Part shown: positions 31,273-45,766 of the stretch, in pieces
Position numbering within the stretch: position 1 is the first letter of the stretch
Layout of the letters: every line of letters starts with the position of its first letter
Assembly (NCBI GenBank): GCA_041398365.1
Contig: JAWKUV010000011.1
Coordinates: forward strand, 18,626-82,625
Source of the DNA: Hyphomonas sp.
Lineage (GTDB): Bacteria; Pseudomonadota; Alphaproteobacteria; Caulobacterales; Hyphomonadaceae
DNA: 64,000 bases
Reading direction: 5' to 3'
The notes under the pieces: generated by a model
Told to the model about the DNA's origin: nothing
What the model saw: the letters and a program-made list of their open reading frames with translations, nothing else
The model's database searches: none
Made by a program: the position numbers and the translations under genes

Positions 31273-31400
31273 GGGCTCCGGCGCGCTTTCTGCTGTTCTT
31301 GTCGCCCTTGATTAGCGCGAACCCGCCCGGTTTTCCAAGGAACTTTCACAGGGCAGGGCCCGTATCGGGGCCTGCATTACGGAGATGTCAGGAAGCGGGC

Positions 31401-32333
31401 CTAGAGGGCCGCGCCGGCGCGGACGGATTCCATGGCCTCGGCCATGTCCTCGTCGGTTTCCCAGCACCAGGCCTCGGGCGAGGCGAGCAGCTTGCGCACC
31501 AGCTTGTTGTTCAGCGCATGGCCCGGCTGCACGGCATCATAGGCCCCGGCTATCGGGGCACCGGCCAGCATGAGATCACCCACCGCATCCAGCATCTTAT
31601 GACGCACGAATTCGTCTTCGATGCGCAGGCCTTCGGGGTTCATGATCGCTTCGTCGTCATCGATGACCACGGCGTTGTCGAGCGAGCCGCCGCGCGCCAG
31701 CCCCATGCTGCGCAGCATTTCGACGTCGCGGGCGAAGCCATAGGTGCGGGCAAAGGCGAGGTTGCGGGCGAACATGCCCGGCGCAAGGCGCATGGCCATC
31801 TGCTGCACGCCGATGACATTGTTGTCGTATTCGATGCGGGCGCGCAGGGTGAGCTGCGTGTCGGGCGAGGGGGAGAGCGTCGCGCGCTTCGGCCCGTCGA
31901 CGATCTCCACGGTTTCGAGAATGCGGATCCGGCGGCGGGGCGTGCCCTGCGCCTTCAGGCCGGCCTGCATCAGCAGCTCGCAATAGACCGCGCTGGAGCC
32001 GTCCATGATCGGCACTTCCGGCCCGTCGATCTCGACGATCAGGTTGTCGATGCCGACGCCGCAGATGGCGGCCATCAGGTGCTCGACCACCGCGACGGAA
32101 ATGCCGTCCTCGTTCGAGATCGTGGTGCCGAGCTGGGTGTCGGAGACGTTGTCGGCATGGGCGAGGATTTCGGCATTGCGAACGCCGAGATCGGTGCGGC
32201 GGAACACGATGCCTGTACCGGCCGGGGCCGGCTTCAGGACGAGGCGGGCTTTCTCACCGCTGTGGACGCCGATACCGGCGCACATGGCGGGCCGCTCGAT
32301 GGTCTGCTGCATTTCCATGCCAATTCTACTCAC
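31401..32333 (-). CDS. lpxC: UDP-3-O-acyl-N-acetylglucosamine deacetylase
   Basis: GIGVHSG, VEHLMAA, EVPIMDGS, RHKMLDAVGDL; start may be ATG 32318. Confidence 0.97.
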   Translation of the reverse strand: MSRIGMEMQQTIERPAMCAGIGVHSGEKARLVLKPAPAGTGIVFRRTDLGVRNAEILAHADNVSDTQLGTTISNEDGISVAVVEHLMAAICGVGIDNLIVEIDGPEVPIMDGSSAVYCELLMQAGLKAQGTPRRRIRILETVEIVDGPKRATLSPSPDTQLTLRARIEYDNNVIGVQQMAMRLAPGMFARNLAFARTYGFARDVEMLRSMGLARGGSLDNAVVIDDDEAIMNPEGLRIEDEFVRHKMLDAVGDLMLAGAPIAGAYDAVQPGHALNNKLVRKLLASPEAWCWETDEDMAEAMESVRAGAAL

Positions 32334-32514
32334 AACTGCCCCAGGAAACCTGCATTCCTTGTGGGGGCAGGCCTTCGCACACGCAAAACACGGCTTGTTT
32401 CCGCGTGTTACAAAACGGGCCGCATCTTGCGATACGGCCCTGATTAAATTGAGTTTTAAATGTAACGGGTTAACCCCGCCTGACTGTTATTTCACGCTCC
32501 CGGAACAGCCGGGA

Positions 32515-33972
32515 TCAATGATTGGCGGAACGGCGCAGGAAGGCCGGAATTTCGAGGTCCGCATCGTCGAACGGAGCGGGCGCGGGATGGTCGTCAGGCG
32601 AGGAGACGATCGGCGCCGGGGTGGCGTCGGCCGGGGTGTCGTCGTTTTCGCCCTGGGCGCCACGGCGCCAGCCGAACAGGTTGGCAAAGCCGGAGCCGCC
32701 CTGCTCGGATTTCGGCTTGTCGGCGACGGGGACGTCGCGGCGGGCGGAGAACACGGAATCTGCGGTCACTTCTTCGTCTCCTTCTTCGCCTTCATAGGGG
32801 TTTTCGCGCGCGCTGGCGGCTGCCGGGGCAGAGCGGTGGGTGATGATGGTCGGGCGGTCGTCGTCATGGGCAGCCGGCAGGAAGGCGTCTTCGTCTTCCG
32901 GCTCGGCATAGGTGCCCGCGTCGAATTCGGCTTCGGCTTCCAGTTCGGGCTCCGGCTCGGTCACCGGCTGGGCGATCGGCTGGCGGACACTGGTCTGCGC
33001 GGCGGGCTGCTGTGCCGGGCGGGCGGCGAAGCCTGCCTCGACGCCGGCGGCGATCACGGAGACACGGATGCGGCCTTCCAGTTCGGTGTCGAAGGCCGAG
33101 CCGAGGATGATGTTCGCTTCCGGGTCCACTTCGCGGCGGACTTCGTTGGCGGCCTCGTCCAGCTCGAACAGGGTCATGTCATAGCCGCCGGTGATGTTGA
33201 TGAGCACGCCCTTGGCGCCCTTCATCGAGATATCGTCCAGCAGCGGGTTGTCGATGGCCTGGCGGGCGGCTTCCAGCGCGCGGTTCTCGCCGGTGGCCTC
33301 GCCCATGCCCATCATGGCCGTGCCCATGCCGCGCATGATCGAGCTGACATCGGCGAAGTCGAGGTTGATCAGGCCCGGCATGACCATCAGGTCGGTGATG
33401 CCGCGCACGCCGGAATAGAGCACGTCGTCGGCCATGCGGAAGGCTTCGGAGAAGGTCGTGCGGTCATTGGCGATGCGGAAAAGGTTCTGGTTCGGCACGA
33501 CGATCATCGTGTCGACGCGGTCGCGGATGGACTCGAGGCCGCTCTCTGCGACGTTCATGCGGCGGTTGCCCTCGAAGCCGAACGGCTTGGTGACGACGGC
33601 GACGGTGAGGATGCCCATTTCCTGCGCGGCGCGTGCGATGACGGGTGCAGCGCCCGTGCCGGTGCCGCCGCCCATGCCGGCGGCGATGAACACCATGTGC
33701 GCGCCTTCGAGGTGCGACTTGATCTCGTCCATGGATTCTTCGGCGGCCTTCTCGCCCACTTCCGGGCGGGCGCCGGCGCCGAGGCCGGAGGTCGTGACGG
33801 GGCCGAGCTGGATGCGGGTGTCGGCTTTCGAGCGCGAGAGGGCCTGCGCATCGGTATTGGCCGCGATGAACTCGACGCCCTGGAGGTTCGCCTCGATCAT
33901 GTTGTCGACAGCGTTGCCACCGGCACCGCCAACGCCAAAGACCAGGATCCTGGGCTTCAGTTCATAATTCAT
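32515..33972 (-). CDS. ftsZ: Cell division protein FtsZ
   Basis: [24 protein letters not shown]-terminal LEIPAFLRR. Confidence 0.98.
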   Translation of the reverse strand: MNYELKPRILVFGVGGAGGNAVDNMIEANLQGVEFIAANTDAQALSRSKADTRIQLGPVTTSGLGAGARPEVGEKAAEESMDEIKSHLEGAHMVFIAAGMGGGTGTGAAPVIARAAQEMGILTVAVVTKPFGFEGNRRMNVAESGLESIRDRVDTMIVVPNQNLFRIANDRTTFSEAFRMADDVLYSGVRGITDLMVMPGLINLDFADVSSIMRGMGTAMMGMGEATGENRALEAARQAIDNPLLDDISMKGAKGVLINITGGYDMTLFELDEAANEVRREVDPEANIILGSAFDTELEGRIRVSVIAAGVEAGFAARPAQQPAAQTSVRQPIAQPVTEPEPELEAEAEFDAGTYAEPEDEDAFLPAAHDDDRPTIITHRSAPAAASARENPYEGEEGDEEVTADSVFSARRDVPVADKPKSEQGGSGFANLFGWRRGAQGENDDTPADATPAPIVSSPDDHPAPAPFDDADLEIPAFLRRSANH

Positions 33973-34036
33973 CGCATCCCTCACTTCACTCTACTCGTCG
34001 CGGACCCCTGCCGTGGGTCACCATGGCGTGATGCGG

Positions 34037-34051
34037 CTAAGAAGCAGTTAA
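34037..34051 (-). promoter_or_regulatory. CtrA-like box upstream of ftsZ
   Basis: Minus strand TTAA-CTGCTTC-TTAG (TTAA-N7-TTAA consensus, one mismatch). Confidence 0.55.
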
Positions 34052-34067
34052 GTGGGGTGAAACAGGC

Positions 34068-35363
34068 TCAGAAATTTTCTTCGAGCCAATGGAACACCTT
34101 GTTCACCATGCCGCTTCTCGACTCTGGTCCGTCCTTGCGCGATGCAGCAGCAGCCCTCGCTGCATCAGCAAACCCCAACTCGGAGTACAGTAACAGACCC
34201 GACGCGGTCGAGAAAGCAGGTGTTGCCAGTGTTTCGCCAAGAAATTCAGCGATGGTCGGACGGCCCAGCCGTACTGGCGCCTGCAGGATGCGCGTGGCGA
34301 CATCGCGCACGCCCGGCAGCTGCGACGCCCCGCCCGTGAGCACCACGCGGCGAGGGAGTACTTTCCGTACACCACTCGATTCCAGGGTTTTCTGGACCAG
34401 TTCGAAGGTTTCCTCGATCCGTGGGGCGATGATCTCGGCGAGTTGGCCGCGCTCCATGCGCGTCGCCTGCAGCCGGCCGTCATCGCCGAGGCGCGGCACC
34501 TCGATCCGTTCGGCAAGGCCGGGGCCTTCGAGATTGGCGGTGCCATAGACGCTCTTCAGGCGCTCGGCGGCAGCGAAAGTCGTGCCGAGGCCCTGCGCGA
34601 GGTCGGCGGTCACATGCGCGCCGCCGGCGGGCACGAGGCCCAGCCAGGCCGGAGAGCCGTTCAGGTAGACCGACACGGCGGTCACGCCCGCACCCATGTC
34701 TATACAGATGGCGCCGTTCTCGATCTCGTCGTCGATCAGCGTACCGGCCCCGCTCGCGATGGAGGAGGGGATGAGGGCGGTCACGCCGAGATGCGCCCGG
34801 CCGACGCATTCGACGAGGTTCTTCACGATGGATTTCGGCGCCGTCACGACCGAGAGCAGGATGCCGAGGTCGGCGGCGTACATGCCCTGCGGTTCGCGCA
34901 CGCCTTCCTGGTCGTCGACCCGGTAGGCGACCGGCCAGGCCGCGAGGATGTCCTCGCCCTTTGCCGGCACCTTGGCGAGGGCCTGCGCCTGGATGCGGCG
35001 CACGTCTTTCTGGGTGATCTCGCGTGCGCCGATCTCGATCTGCGCGGTGACGAGTGTCGAGGCGAGCTTCTGGCCGGTGATGCCGAGCATCACGCTGGTG
35101 ATCTGTTCGCCGGCCTCGCGCTCGGCGTCTTCCACGGCAAGGCGGATCGAGCGCTCGAGGCCTTCCATGTCGGTGATCGTGCCGCCGGTGAAGCCGCGCG
35201 ACTGCTGGCGCCCGGCGCCTAGAATGCGGAAGCTGCGCGGGCCGGACCCGTCATTGCGGCCGATCAGGCAGGTGATCTTGGAACAGCCGATGTCCAGCGC
35301 CGCCACCGTGCCGGTCTGGGAACGGCCCATACGGGGGGCGCGGCGGGACTGGACATTGGCCAT
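34068..35363 (-). CDS. ftsA: Cell division protein FtsA
   Basis: ALDIGCSKI, IDMGAGVT, VLTGGASQLPG; synteny. Confidence 0.96.
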   Translation of the reverse strand: MANVQSRRAPRMGRSQTGTVAALDIGCSKITCLIGRNDGSGPRSFRILGAGRQQSRGFTGGTITDMEGLERSIRLAVEDAEREAGEQITSVMLGITGQKLASTLVTAQIEIGAREITQKDVRRIQAQALAKVPAKGEDILAAWPVAYRVDDQEGVREPQGMYAADLGILLSVVTAPKSIVKNLVECVGRAHLGVTALIPSSIASGAGTLIDDEIENGAICIDMGAGVTAVSVYLNGSPAWLGLVPAGGAHVTADLAQGLGTTFAAAERLKSVYGTANLEGPGLAERIEVPRLGDDGRLQATRMERGQLAEIIAPRIEETFELVQKTLESSGVRKVLPRRVVLTGGASQLPGVRDVATRILQAPVRLGRPTIAEFLGETLATPAFSTASGLLLYSELGFADAARAAAASRKDGPESRSGMVNKVFHWLEENF

Positions 35364-36229
35364 TACGAACGCGCCGCCTCTTCACGGGCCTTGAAGTCCG
35401 GCACGTTGACGGGGTCGAGATAGACGCGGCCGGCATTGCGCAGGTCGATCTTCTTGAGCGGGCGCTGCATCAGGGCGGTCCGCACCTGCAGTTCGGTCAG
35501 CCGGTCGAGCGCGCTTGGCAGCTGCACGTCTTCCGGCAGGCGGACGGTGGCGCCGGAAATCAGGCGCATGTCCCAGCGGCGGTCATTGATCCGGGTCGCG
35601 ATGGCGAGGTCGCCGGTGACGACCGGCGCATCGGCCAGCGCCTTGACGAGGGCAGGGGCGGCTTCCGGCGCGCCATGGCCGGCAATGCGGACAAGGTCCG
35701 GATGATCGTCGGCATGTTCGTCCGGGATGACGCGGCCGAGGCCGTCGACCACGGTCCACTCCGTGCCGTCATGCCAGAGCGCCACCGGCTCGGCGGCGTC
35801 GGCGATGATCACGACCTGGTCCGGCCAGAGACGGTGCACGCGCACGTTCAGCACCTTGTGGGTGCTCTCGACGCGGCGGCGGATGATGTAGGGATCGGCG
35901 CGGAACATGTTCTCGCCGGGCTCGATCATGGCGGCGTCGCGGACTTCCTGCTGCAGGGCCGGGTCCTGCTCGAGGCCGAGCACGGCCACCTCGTTCACGG
36001 CGACGCCGGCCATGCGGGCGCTGTCGTCCATGAAACCGGCGAAACGGTTCTCGATCTGCGACATGGATCCGCCCATCCAGGCGGCCAGCGCCACGACGAT
36101 GGCGATCAGCATGACCAGGCCGAACAGGACGGACGAAACGCGCACTTCCTCGCCCGTCACCTCGTCGACGAAGGTGACCGGTTCGCGCCGGCGCTTCGGA
36201 ACGGTTTCGTTACGGGTTATCTTCGGCAT
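35363..36229 (-). CDS. ftsQ: Cell division protein FtsQ
   Basis: Single TM, POTRA ([11 protein letters not shown]), RRWDM, IDLR; lies between ddl and ftsA. Confidence 0.9.
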   Translation of the reverse strand: MPKITRNETVPKRRREPVTFVDEVTGEEVRVSSVLFGLVMLIAIVVALAAWMGGSMSQIENRFAGFMDDSARMAGVAVNEVAVLGLEQDPALQQEVRDAAMIEPGENMFRADPYIIRRRVESTHKVLNVRVHRLWPDQVVIIADAAEPVALWHDGTEWTVVDGLGRVIPDEHADDHPDLVRIAGHGAPEAAPALVKALADAPVVTGDLAIATRINDRRWDMRLISGATVRLPEDVQLPSALDRLTELQVRTALMQRPLKKIDLRNAGRVYLDPVNVPDFKAREEAARS

Positions 36230-37125
36230 GAAGCATCCTCGATCATCCAGGCGACCAGGTCTTCGAAGCTCATGCCAACGAAGGCGGCCTGTTCGGGGAC
36301 AAGCGAGGTGGGCGTCATGCCAGGCTGGGTATTTGTTTCCAGGATCACGAGCCGGTCTCTCTTGTCGTCGTAGCGAAAATCGGATCGCGTCGCGCCCCGG
36401 CAACCGAGGGCCTGATGCGCACGCAGGGCGAAATCCATCGCCTTGGCCGTGATATGCTCAGGCAGGTCGGCCGGGATCACATGTTGCGATCCACCAGCCG
36501 AATATTTTGCATCGAAATCGTAATAGTCCCTTAAGGTCGTGATCTCCGTGACAGCCAGAGCGCGGTCGCCCAGCACAGCGACGGTCAGCTCCCGGCCGGG
36601 AATGAATTCCTCGGCCATGAGATAGTCGCCATAACGCCAATGTTCCGGCTGCAGCTCGCGCGGCGGGCCATTGGCGCCTTCGCGCACGATGAGGACGCCG
36701 AAACTGGAGCCTTCATTGACCGGTTTGACCACGTAGGGCGGCTTCAGCGGATGGTTCGCGGCGGCCTCTTCCCGGGTGACCTGCTTGTCCTCGGCTACCG
36801 GAAGCCCGGCAGATCTGTAGACGGCCTTGGATTTCAGCTTGTCCATGGCAAGCGCCGAGGCGAGCACACCGGAATGGGAGTAGGGCAGGCCCATGATCTC
36901 GAGGAGGCCCTGCACGCAGCCATCCTCGCCCCAGGGGCCGTGCAGGCCGTTCAGCACGGCGTCCGGCTTCACCTCGGCGAGCTGGGCGGCAAGGTCGCGC
37001 CCCGCATCGATGCCGATCGCGTCATAGCCAGCGGCCTTGGCCGCGCGCAGCATCTGCTTTCCCGACGAGAGAGAGACCTCACGTTCGGAGGACCAGCCGC
37101 CATAAATGACTGCGACGCGCTTCAT
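36217..37125 (-). CDS. ddl: D-alanine--D-alanine ligase
   Basis: [40 protein letters not shown]. Confidence 0.97.
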   Translation of the reverse strand: MKRVAVIYGGWSSEREVSLSSGKQMLRAAKAAGYDAIGIDAGRDLAAQLAEVKPDAVLNGLHGPWGEDGCVQGLLEIMGLPYSHSGVLASALAMDKLKSKAVYRSAGLPVAEDKQVTREEAAANHPLKPPYVVKPVNEGSSFGVLIVREGANGPPRELQPEHWRYGDYLMAEEFIPGRELTVAVLGDRALAVTEITTLRDYYDFDAKYSAGGSQHVIPADLPEHITAKAMDFALRAHQALGCRGATRSDFRYDDKRDRLVILETNTQPGMTPTSLVPEQAAFVGMSFEDLVAWMIEDASCRR

Positions 37126-37284
37126 CTGCCTGTCTTTCCTGCTCTGGCGAATCCTAAGCGGGAATCGCCTGTTTCCCGTTAGTTTCTGCTTTCTGGGAGT
37201 GAATAGGGGCTTAAGCGAGGCGCCGGGGCGGCAACTGGCGTGCGGATTACGAAAAAGTCATGCCGGGGGCCTCTTGCGCCAACC

Positions 37285-37302
37285 TGACTACATCAGTAGT
37301 CA
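37285..37302. promoter_or_regulatory. Perfect palindrome, candidate repressor operator upstream of the TonB receptor
   Basis: TGACTAC-ATCA-GTAGTCA. Confidence 0.5.
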
Positions 37303-37380
37303 ATATCGAATATCGAAAAAGTTGAGTGACTGGCGGGGGCGCCGGTTCCTCTACGCAGACGGAGCTTGGAGGAGGCACCC

Positions 37381-39447
37381 GTGGCTGTGAGCCGTACCCT
37401 ATTGCCTGGATTCGCCGTGTTGGCCGCAGCATCCCTGATCGCGGTACCGGCCTTTGCCGAACCCGATGCCGGATCGCCGGTGTCTTCGCGGACGAGCTAT
37501 ACGCCGGCCGACTTCGCCCAGTACAATCCGCGCACCGCGTTCGACATGGTTGCCCGCATTCCGGGTTTCTCCATCCAGGGCGACGATGACGGCTCGCGCG
37601 GCTTCGGCCAGGCGAACGGCAATGTCCTGATCAACGGCCAGCGCGTGTCCGGCAAGGCGAACGGCGCGGAGGCGGCGCTCGGCCGGATTTCCGCCGCCAA
37701 AGTCACCCGGATCGACCTGGTCGATGGCGCGGCGCTCGACATTCCCGGTCTGGGCGGCCAGGTGGCGAACGTCATCACCGACGGTGAGGGCGGCATGTCC
37801 GGCACCTGGCGCTGGAAGTCCCGCGTACGGGAAAACCTGACGCCATACTTCCATGAAGGCGCACTCACCCTGTCCGGCGGGCGCGAAGCCCTGAGCTGGA
37901 GCCTCGAGGCGAGCAGCTTGCCGGAACGCGGCGCCAATTCCGGCTGGGAAACGATCACCAATGGCAGCGGCCTCGTCATCGAGCGCCGCGACGAGAACTA
38001 CAAGCGGATCGCCGACAATGCGTCCGTGTCCGGATCGGTGGCCTGGAAGCCGCCGAGCGGAGTCGTGGCAAACCTCAATGGCCGGGTGGGCATCTACCAG
38101 TCCGACGAGAAGGAGGCCTCGAAGACCTATATTGCCGGCGGGCCGGAAGGCCGGCGCCTCTACCTCGGCGGCGAGGATGAATGGAATGCCGAATTCGGCG
38201 GGGACTATGAATTCGGCCTCGGGCCGGGTCGCCTGAAGGCGATCGGGCTCATCCGGCGCGAGCACAGTCCGACCACGAGCAATTTCACCGCCGGCACGCT
38301 CGACGGCACGATGGGCGTCCAGTCCCGCTTCCTGCAGACGGTCGACGAGGGCGAATATATCACCCGCGGCGAATACGCCCTGTCGGCCGGGCAGGGACGC
38401 GACTGGCAGGTCTCGCTGGAGAATGCCTTCAACTTCCTTGACGCCGAAGCCGCGCTCAGCCTCGCCGAGAATGGCGGTCCGCTTGTCGTGGTGCCGCTCG
38501 ACGGGGCGAATTCCCGCGTCGAGGAGACGCGCTGGGAAGCGGCCGTCACGCATGGCCGGGCACTCACGCCGAAACTGCGCCTTCAGGTCTCCCTTGCTGC
38601 GGAATATTCCGAACTGTCCCAGTCCGGCGACCATGTGAACGTGCGCGAGTTCACACGGCCGAAAGGCTTTGCGAGCCTCTCCTGGCAGACCGATCCGACG
38701 CTGAAGCTGACGACCCGCCTCGAACGCGAAGTCGGCCAGCTCGACTTCTTCGATTTCATCTCGTCCGTGAACCTCAATGCCGAGAACGGCAATGCCGGCA
38801 ATGCCGAGATCGTGCCGCGTCAGGCCTGGACGCTCAGCCTGCAGGGCGAGAAGGACTTCCGGTCCTGGGGCGCCGCAACGATGAAGGTCTATTATTCCGA
38901 TATCGAGGACATCGTGGACCGCGTGCCGATCGGCAATGGCGACGGACCGGGCAATCTCGATTCGGCCTGGGAGGCCGGGGTCACCTTCGACGGCACGCTG
39001 AAACTGGCAAGGCTCGGCATTCCCGGCGCGGAGCTCCAGTCTTACGTCGAGGTCAACCATTCCGAAGTGACCGATCCGCTGACCGGAGAGACACGGCGGA
39101 TCAACGACACGCAGACCTTCTACTACAATCTCGAGTTCCGGCAGGATGTTCCGGGTACGGACTGGGCCTGGGGCGGCCTCTATGAACGCAACGGGCCTTT
39201 TGACTACTGGCAGCTCGGCGAGCATGGCCGCGATTCCCGCCCGCCCGGCTATTCCTACATGTTCGTCGAGAACAAGGACGTGTACGGCATGACGGCGACG
39301 CTGGCGGTTGGCAACCTGCTGAACCAGGCGGATGTCTTCCGGCGCGAGATATACGAGCCGAACCGGCTTGCCCAGGTCGCACGGATCGAGGACCGTACCC
39401 GCCGCTTCGGCCCGATTGCCGTGTTCGAACTGAAGGGAACCTTCTAG
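37381..39447 (+). CDS. TonB-dependent receptor-like outer membrane protein
   Basis: Signal peptide, plug motif [10 protein letters not shown]...NVLINGQR, beta-barrel, terminal Phe; GGAGG RBS before GTG 37381. Confidence 0.85.
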   Translation: MAVSRTLLPGFAVLAAASLIAVPAFAEPDAGSPVSSRTSYTPADFAQYNPRTAFDMVARIPGFSIQGDDDGSRGFGQANGNVLINGQRVSGKANGAEAALGRISAAKVTRIDLVDGAALDIPGLGGQVANVITDGEGGMSGTWRWKSRVRENLTPYFHEGALTLSGGREALSWSLEASSLPERGANSGWETITNGSGLVIERRDENYKRIADNASVSGSVAWKPPSGVVANLNGRVGIYQSDEKEASKTYIAGGPEGRRLYLGGEDEWNAEFGGDYEFGLGPGRLKAIGLIRREHSPTTSNFTAGTLDGTMGVQSRFLQTVDEGEYITRGEYALSAGQGRDWQVSLENAFNFLDAEAALSLAENGGPLVVVPLDGANSRVEETRWEAAVTHGRALTPKLRLQVSLAAEYSELSQSGDHVNVREFTRPKGFASLSWQTDPTLKLTTRLEREVGQLDFFDFISSVNLNAENGNAGNAEIVPRQAWTLSLQGEKDFRSWGAATMKVYYSDIEDIVDRVPIGNGDGPGNLDSAWEAGVTFDGTLKLARLGIPGAELQSYVEVNHSEVTDPLTGETRRINDTQTFYYNLEFRQDVPGTDWAWGGLYERNGPFDYWQLGEHGRDSRPPGYSYMFVENKDVYGMTATLAVGNLLNQADVFRREIYEPNRLAQVARIEDRTRRFGPIAVFELKGTF

Positions 39448-40397
39448 CGCGCCTCGCTGGCAAGCCGCCCGATCCGGCGCACTTCCCAGCGCAGCTGGAC
39501 GCCCTGCGTGTCCAGCACGCGCGCGCGGACGAGTTCGCCGAGGGCTTCGAGGTCAGCGGCTGTCGCGTCGCCTGTATTGATCAGGAAGTTGCAGTGCATG
39601 GGCGAGACCTGTGCGCCGCCCACTTTCAGGCCGCGGCAGCCGGCCGCGTCGATCAGTTTCCAGGCCGATCGCTGGTCCGGTGTGCCCGGCGGGTCGGGAT
39701 TGGCGAAGGTCGAGCCGGAGGTCTTCTCCCTGATCGGCTGGGTCTCGGCCCGGCGTGCCTGCAGCGTTTCGATGTCGCCGAGGATCTTCGCCGGTTCGTC
39801 CGTATCCGTGCCTTCAAGGACGAGACGCGTGACGATCAGGTCATCCGGCAGGTCGGTATGGCGGTAGGAAAAATGCGCTTCCGGCAGGACACCCGGCCGG
39901 CCCGGACCGCGATAGGAAACCGGCGTTCCGTCGCGGCGGAAGCCGTGCAGTTCGACCAGCACGTCGCGCAGTTCGCGGCCGTAGCAGCCGGCATTCGTCC
40001 GCGTCGCGCCGCCGACCGAGCCCGGAATGCCGGACAGGAATTCAAGTCCGCGGATCCCATTCGCCGCCGCAGCCTTTGCCACGGCGAGATCCAGCGCGCC
40101 GGACCGGGCCGAGAGCTTCGGGCCGTCGAGCGCCCCGACCTCGCCCCAGTACTTGCCCATCAGGCGGACAACAACGCCTTCTACCCCGCCGTCGCGGACG
40201 ATCACGTTGGACCCGACGCCCAGCACGGTCACTGGCACGGCCGGGTCGAGCGCCGTCAGGAAATCGCCGAGATCGTCTTCGTCGGCTGGCAGGAACAGGG
40301 CGTCCGCCGGCCCGCCCACCCGGAACCAGGTATAGGGCGCCAGCGGCGCATTCTCGAGAATCTTGCCGCGCACGCGGGGAAGGGGAAACGCCGTCAT
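39444..40397 (-). CDS. murB: UDP-N-acetylenolpyruvoylglucosamine reductase
   Basis: [39 protein letters not shown]. Confidence 0.96.
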   Translation of the reverse strand: MTAFPLPRVRGKILENAPLAPYTWFRVGGPADALFLPADEDDLGDFLTALDPAVPVTVLGVGSNVIVRDGGVEGVVVRLMGKYWGEVGALDGPKLSARSGALDLAVAKAAAANGIRGLEFLSGIPGSVGGATRTNAGCYGRELRDVLVELHGFRRDGTPVSYRGPGRPGVLPEAHFSYRHTDLPDDLIVTRLVLEGTDTDEPAKILGDIETLQARRAETQPIREKTSGSTFANPDPPGTPDQRSAWKLIDAAGCRGLKVGGAQVSPMHCNFLINTGDATAADLEALGELVRARVLDTQGVQLRWEVRRIGRLASEAR

Positions 40398-40570
40398 ACG
40401 CTGGCGTTCCCCCGACTTGGGCGGGAAGTCAAGCGGGGGCACTTGTTGCGCAGGTTCTGCTCGAATTCAGCAATGCGGAGGAACTTCGCGCCGGTCCGTT
40501 CCGCAAGCATTCGGCTGAGTGTGGATTTTCCGGAACCCGGCAGGCCAGACATCATGACCAGCCGGGGCAT
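40394..40570 (-). pseudogene. 58-codon remnant of an AAA_33-like P-loop kinase
   Basis: Hand translation [40 protein letters not shown]...; Walker A present, remainder of the domain absent. Confidence 0.65.
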
Positions 40571-40576
40571 CAGGCG

Positions 40577-43375
<2,799 letters not shown>

Positions 43376-43523
43376 ATCAGACTGTACCAATCAGGTCCGG
43401 GGCGAAGAAAAAGAAATCCTGGCCGCGTGACCGTACAGGATGCTCGCGGGTTCTCCCACCGATTAACACCGGCCGAACCCTCTCGACCAGTGTGCGGGTG
43501 AGACTTAAGAACGCCGCAAAGGG

Positions 43524-44522
43524 GTGTCAATGCGGCGCCATCAGACAGCTGGAGTGATTACTGTGTTGAATCTGAAGGCCTTGCGCGGCTCGCCGCGTCT
43601 CATTTTTGCCAGCCTCGCCGTTCTGGCTGCGACAGCCTGCAGCGCACCGAAGGAAGAAGAGGTGCCGGTGCAGGTCGAAGGGGCAACCGCCGCCCTTGTC
43701 AACGGCGAGAAGATTTATGTCAGCGACGTCGAACTCGAGGCCGTCGCCAGGGGGCTCGTCCCGGCCGGCCAGAAGATCGCCGCGGGCGATCCGGACTATG
43801 AAACCGTGCTGAGCCAGCTGGTCGACCAGAAGTTGATGGCGCAGGAGGCGCTCCGCCGCCGCCTCGACAAGGACCCGGCCGCCAAGCGACGCCTGCAGAT
43901 GGCGGAGGAGCGCATCCTCGGCAATCTTCTTGTCGAGAACCTCGTTTCCGAAGATGTCACCGAGGCCCAGATCGAAGCCATGTATCAGGAGCAGGTGACC
44001 CTGCAGCAGGACGATGACGAGGTCCGCATCGCCCATATCCTCGTGCCGACGCAGGACGAGGCCCAGGCCCTGTTCGACCGGATCCAGAACGGCGAGAGTT
44101 TCGAGAGCCTTGTCATCGGCCATTCCAAGGACAGTGCCACACGGATGGAGGGCGGCGACCTCGGCTATGTCTCGCCGAACGACGAGCCGGCCCCGTTCCC
44201 GCTCGTGATCGCCAATACCGGCACCGGCGAGGTCGCTCCGCCCTTCGAGTCGGCCGACGGCTGGCATATCGTGAAAGTGAAGGACCGCCGCTCGCGTCCG
44301 CCCAAGACGCGCGAGGAAATGCGGCCCGACATCGTCACCTTTCTGACGCTCGAACAGATCTCCAAGATCCTCCGCCGCCTGCGCGCCGAAGCGCAGATCC
44401 AGCAGGGAGAGCCGGGTCTCGACGCCGGGGCCGCAACGCCTTACAGGCTTCCCGACACCGGGCCCGGAGCGGCGCCGGAAGAAGAGAAAACGCCCCCTGC
44501 GCCTGAAGGAACCGAGCTTTGA
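43524..44522 (+). CDS. PpiC/parvulin-type peptidyl-prolyl isomerase (PrsA-like lipoprotein)
   Basis: AHILV, SKD..GGDLGY, GWHIVKV; true start probably slightly downstream. Confidence 0.88.
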   Translation: MSMRRHQTAGVITVLNLKALRGSPRLIFASLAVLAATACSAPKEEEVPVQVEGATAALVNGEKIYVSDVELEAVARGLVPAGQKIAAGDPDYETVLSQLVDQKLMAQEALRRRLDKDPAAKRRLQMAEERILGNLLVENLVSEDVTEAQIEAMYQEQVTLQQDDDEVRIAHILVPTQDEAQALFDRIQNGESFESLVIGHSKDSATRMEGGDLGYVSPNDEPAPFPLVIANTGTGEVAPPFESADGWHIVKVKDRRSRPPKTREEMRPDIVTFLTLEQISKILRRLRAEAQIQQGEPGLDAGAATPYRLPDTGPGAAPEEEKTPPAPEGTEL

Positions 44523-45766
44523 ACCTGACGCCCTCGCCATTCGCCGTGCCCTTTCCGAGCCTGCCGGACGTGAAGGGCGTGCGCGCCGCAACCGGTTCGC
44601 GCGGTTTCTATGCGCGCCGCGGCGTGACGCGCGATGACGTGTTCCTCTTCGCGTTCGACGAAGGCACAACCTGTGCGGGTGTCTACACGGTCTCGCGCAC
44701 GGCCTCGGCCGACGTCCTCTGGTGCCGCGAGGCGCTTCAGACCGGCGGTGGCATCGCGCGGGCGCTGGTCGCCAATTCGGGCAATTCCAACGCCTTCACC
44801 GGGCCGAAGGGCAAGCTGAAGAACGAGGCGACGCTGAAGGCCATGACCGAGGCACTCGGCGTGCCGAAGGCGCAATGCTTCCTTGCCGCAACCGGCGTCA
44901 TCGGCGAGCCGCTGGCTGATCCGAACTTCGTCGGCGCCATCGTGCCGGACCTCGCCGCCAGCCTCGGCGCCCCCGACTGGGAGAAGGCCTGCCGCGCGTT
45001 CATGACCACGGACACGTTCGCCAAGGGCGCCGGTACGTCCCTGGATCTCGACGGCCACACCGTGAACTTCGCCGGCATCGTGAAGGGCTCGGGCATGATC
45101 GCGCCGAACATGGCCACAATGCTCGCCTATGTCTTCACCGACGCGGCCATCGCCCATGATGTGCTTCAGGACCTTCTCGAAGAGATCACGGACGAGACCT
45201 TCAACTCGATCACCGTCGATGGCGATACGTCCACGTCCGACACGCTGATGGTCTTTGCCACCGGCAAGTCCGGCATGGCACCGATCACGTCGCGGGACGA
45301 TCCCCGCCTCGACGCTTTCGCCATGGCGCTGCACTCGGTCTGCCTCGAACTTGCACAGCTTGTCGTGAAGGACGGGGAAGGGGCGCAGAAATTCGTCACC
45401 GTCCAGGTCGACAATGCCGCCTCGTATCTCTCGGCAAAGATCATCGCCTGCGAGATCGCCAATTCGCCCCTGATCAAGACCGCCATCGCGGCGGGCGATG
45501 CGAACTGGGGCCGGATCGTCATGGCAGTCGGCAAGTCGCTGGAGCCGATCTGCCTGGAAGAACTCGCCATCTGGTTCGACGATGTCCAGGTCGCACGGGA
45601 CGGGGCCCGTATGCCGGACTATAGCGAAGAGGCCGCGAGTGCCGTGTTCGCGAAACCGGAACTGACGATCCGGGTCGATGTCGCCGCCGGAGACCAGTCG
45701 GCCACGGTTTGGACCTGCGACCTCACGCACGGCTACATCGACATCAACGGCGCCTACCGGACATGA
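44519..45766 (+). CDS. argJ: Glutamate N-acetyltransferase ArgJ
   Basis: NSGNSNAFTG, KGSGMIAPNMATML, DGDTSTSD, DGEGA, WTCDLT. Confidence 0.97.
   Translation: MNLTPSPFAVPFPSLPDVKGVRAATGSRGFYARRGVTRDDVFLFAFDEGTTCAGVYTVSRTASADVLWCREALQTGGGIARALVANSGNSNAFTGPKGKLKNEATLKAMTEALGVPKAQCFLAATGVIGEPLADPNFVGAIVPDLAASLGAPDWEKACRAFMTTDTFAKGAGTSLDLDGHTVNFAGIVKGSGMIAPNMATMLAYVFTDAAIAHDVLQDLLEEITDETFNSITVDGDTSTSDTLMVFATGKSGMAPITSRDDPRLDAFAMALHSVCLELAQLVVKDGEGAQKFVTVQVDNAASYLSAKIIACEIANSPLIKTAIAAGDANWGRIVMAVGKSLEPICLEELAIWFDDVQVARDGARMPDYSEEAASAVFAKPELTIRVDVAAGDQSATVWTCDLTHGYIDINGAYRT

Noticed and set aside
32444-32475. CtrA box upstream of lpxC
   Set aside because: Several TTAA half-sites, but exact pairs are spaced 8 and 10 nt rather than 7; too ambiguous to call.
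32005-34548. 847-aa plus-strand ORF
   Set aside because: Antisense shadow of lpxC, ftsZ and ftsA.
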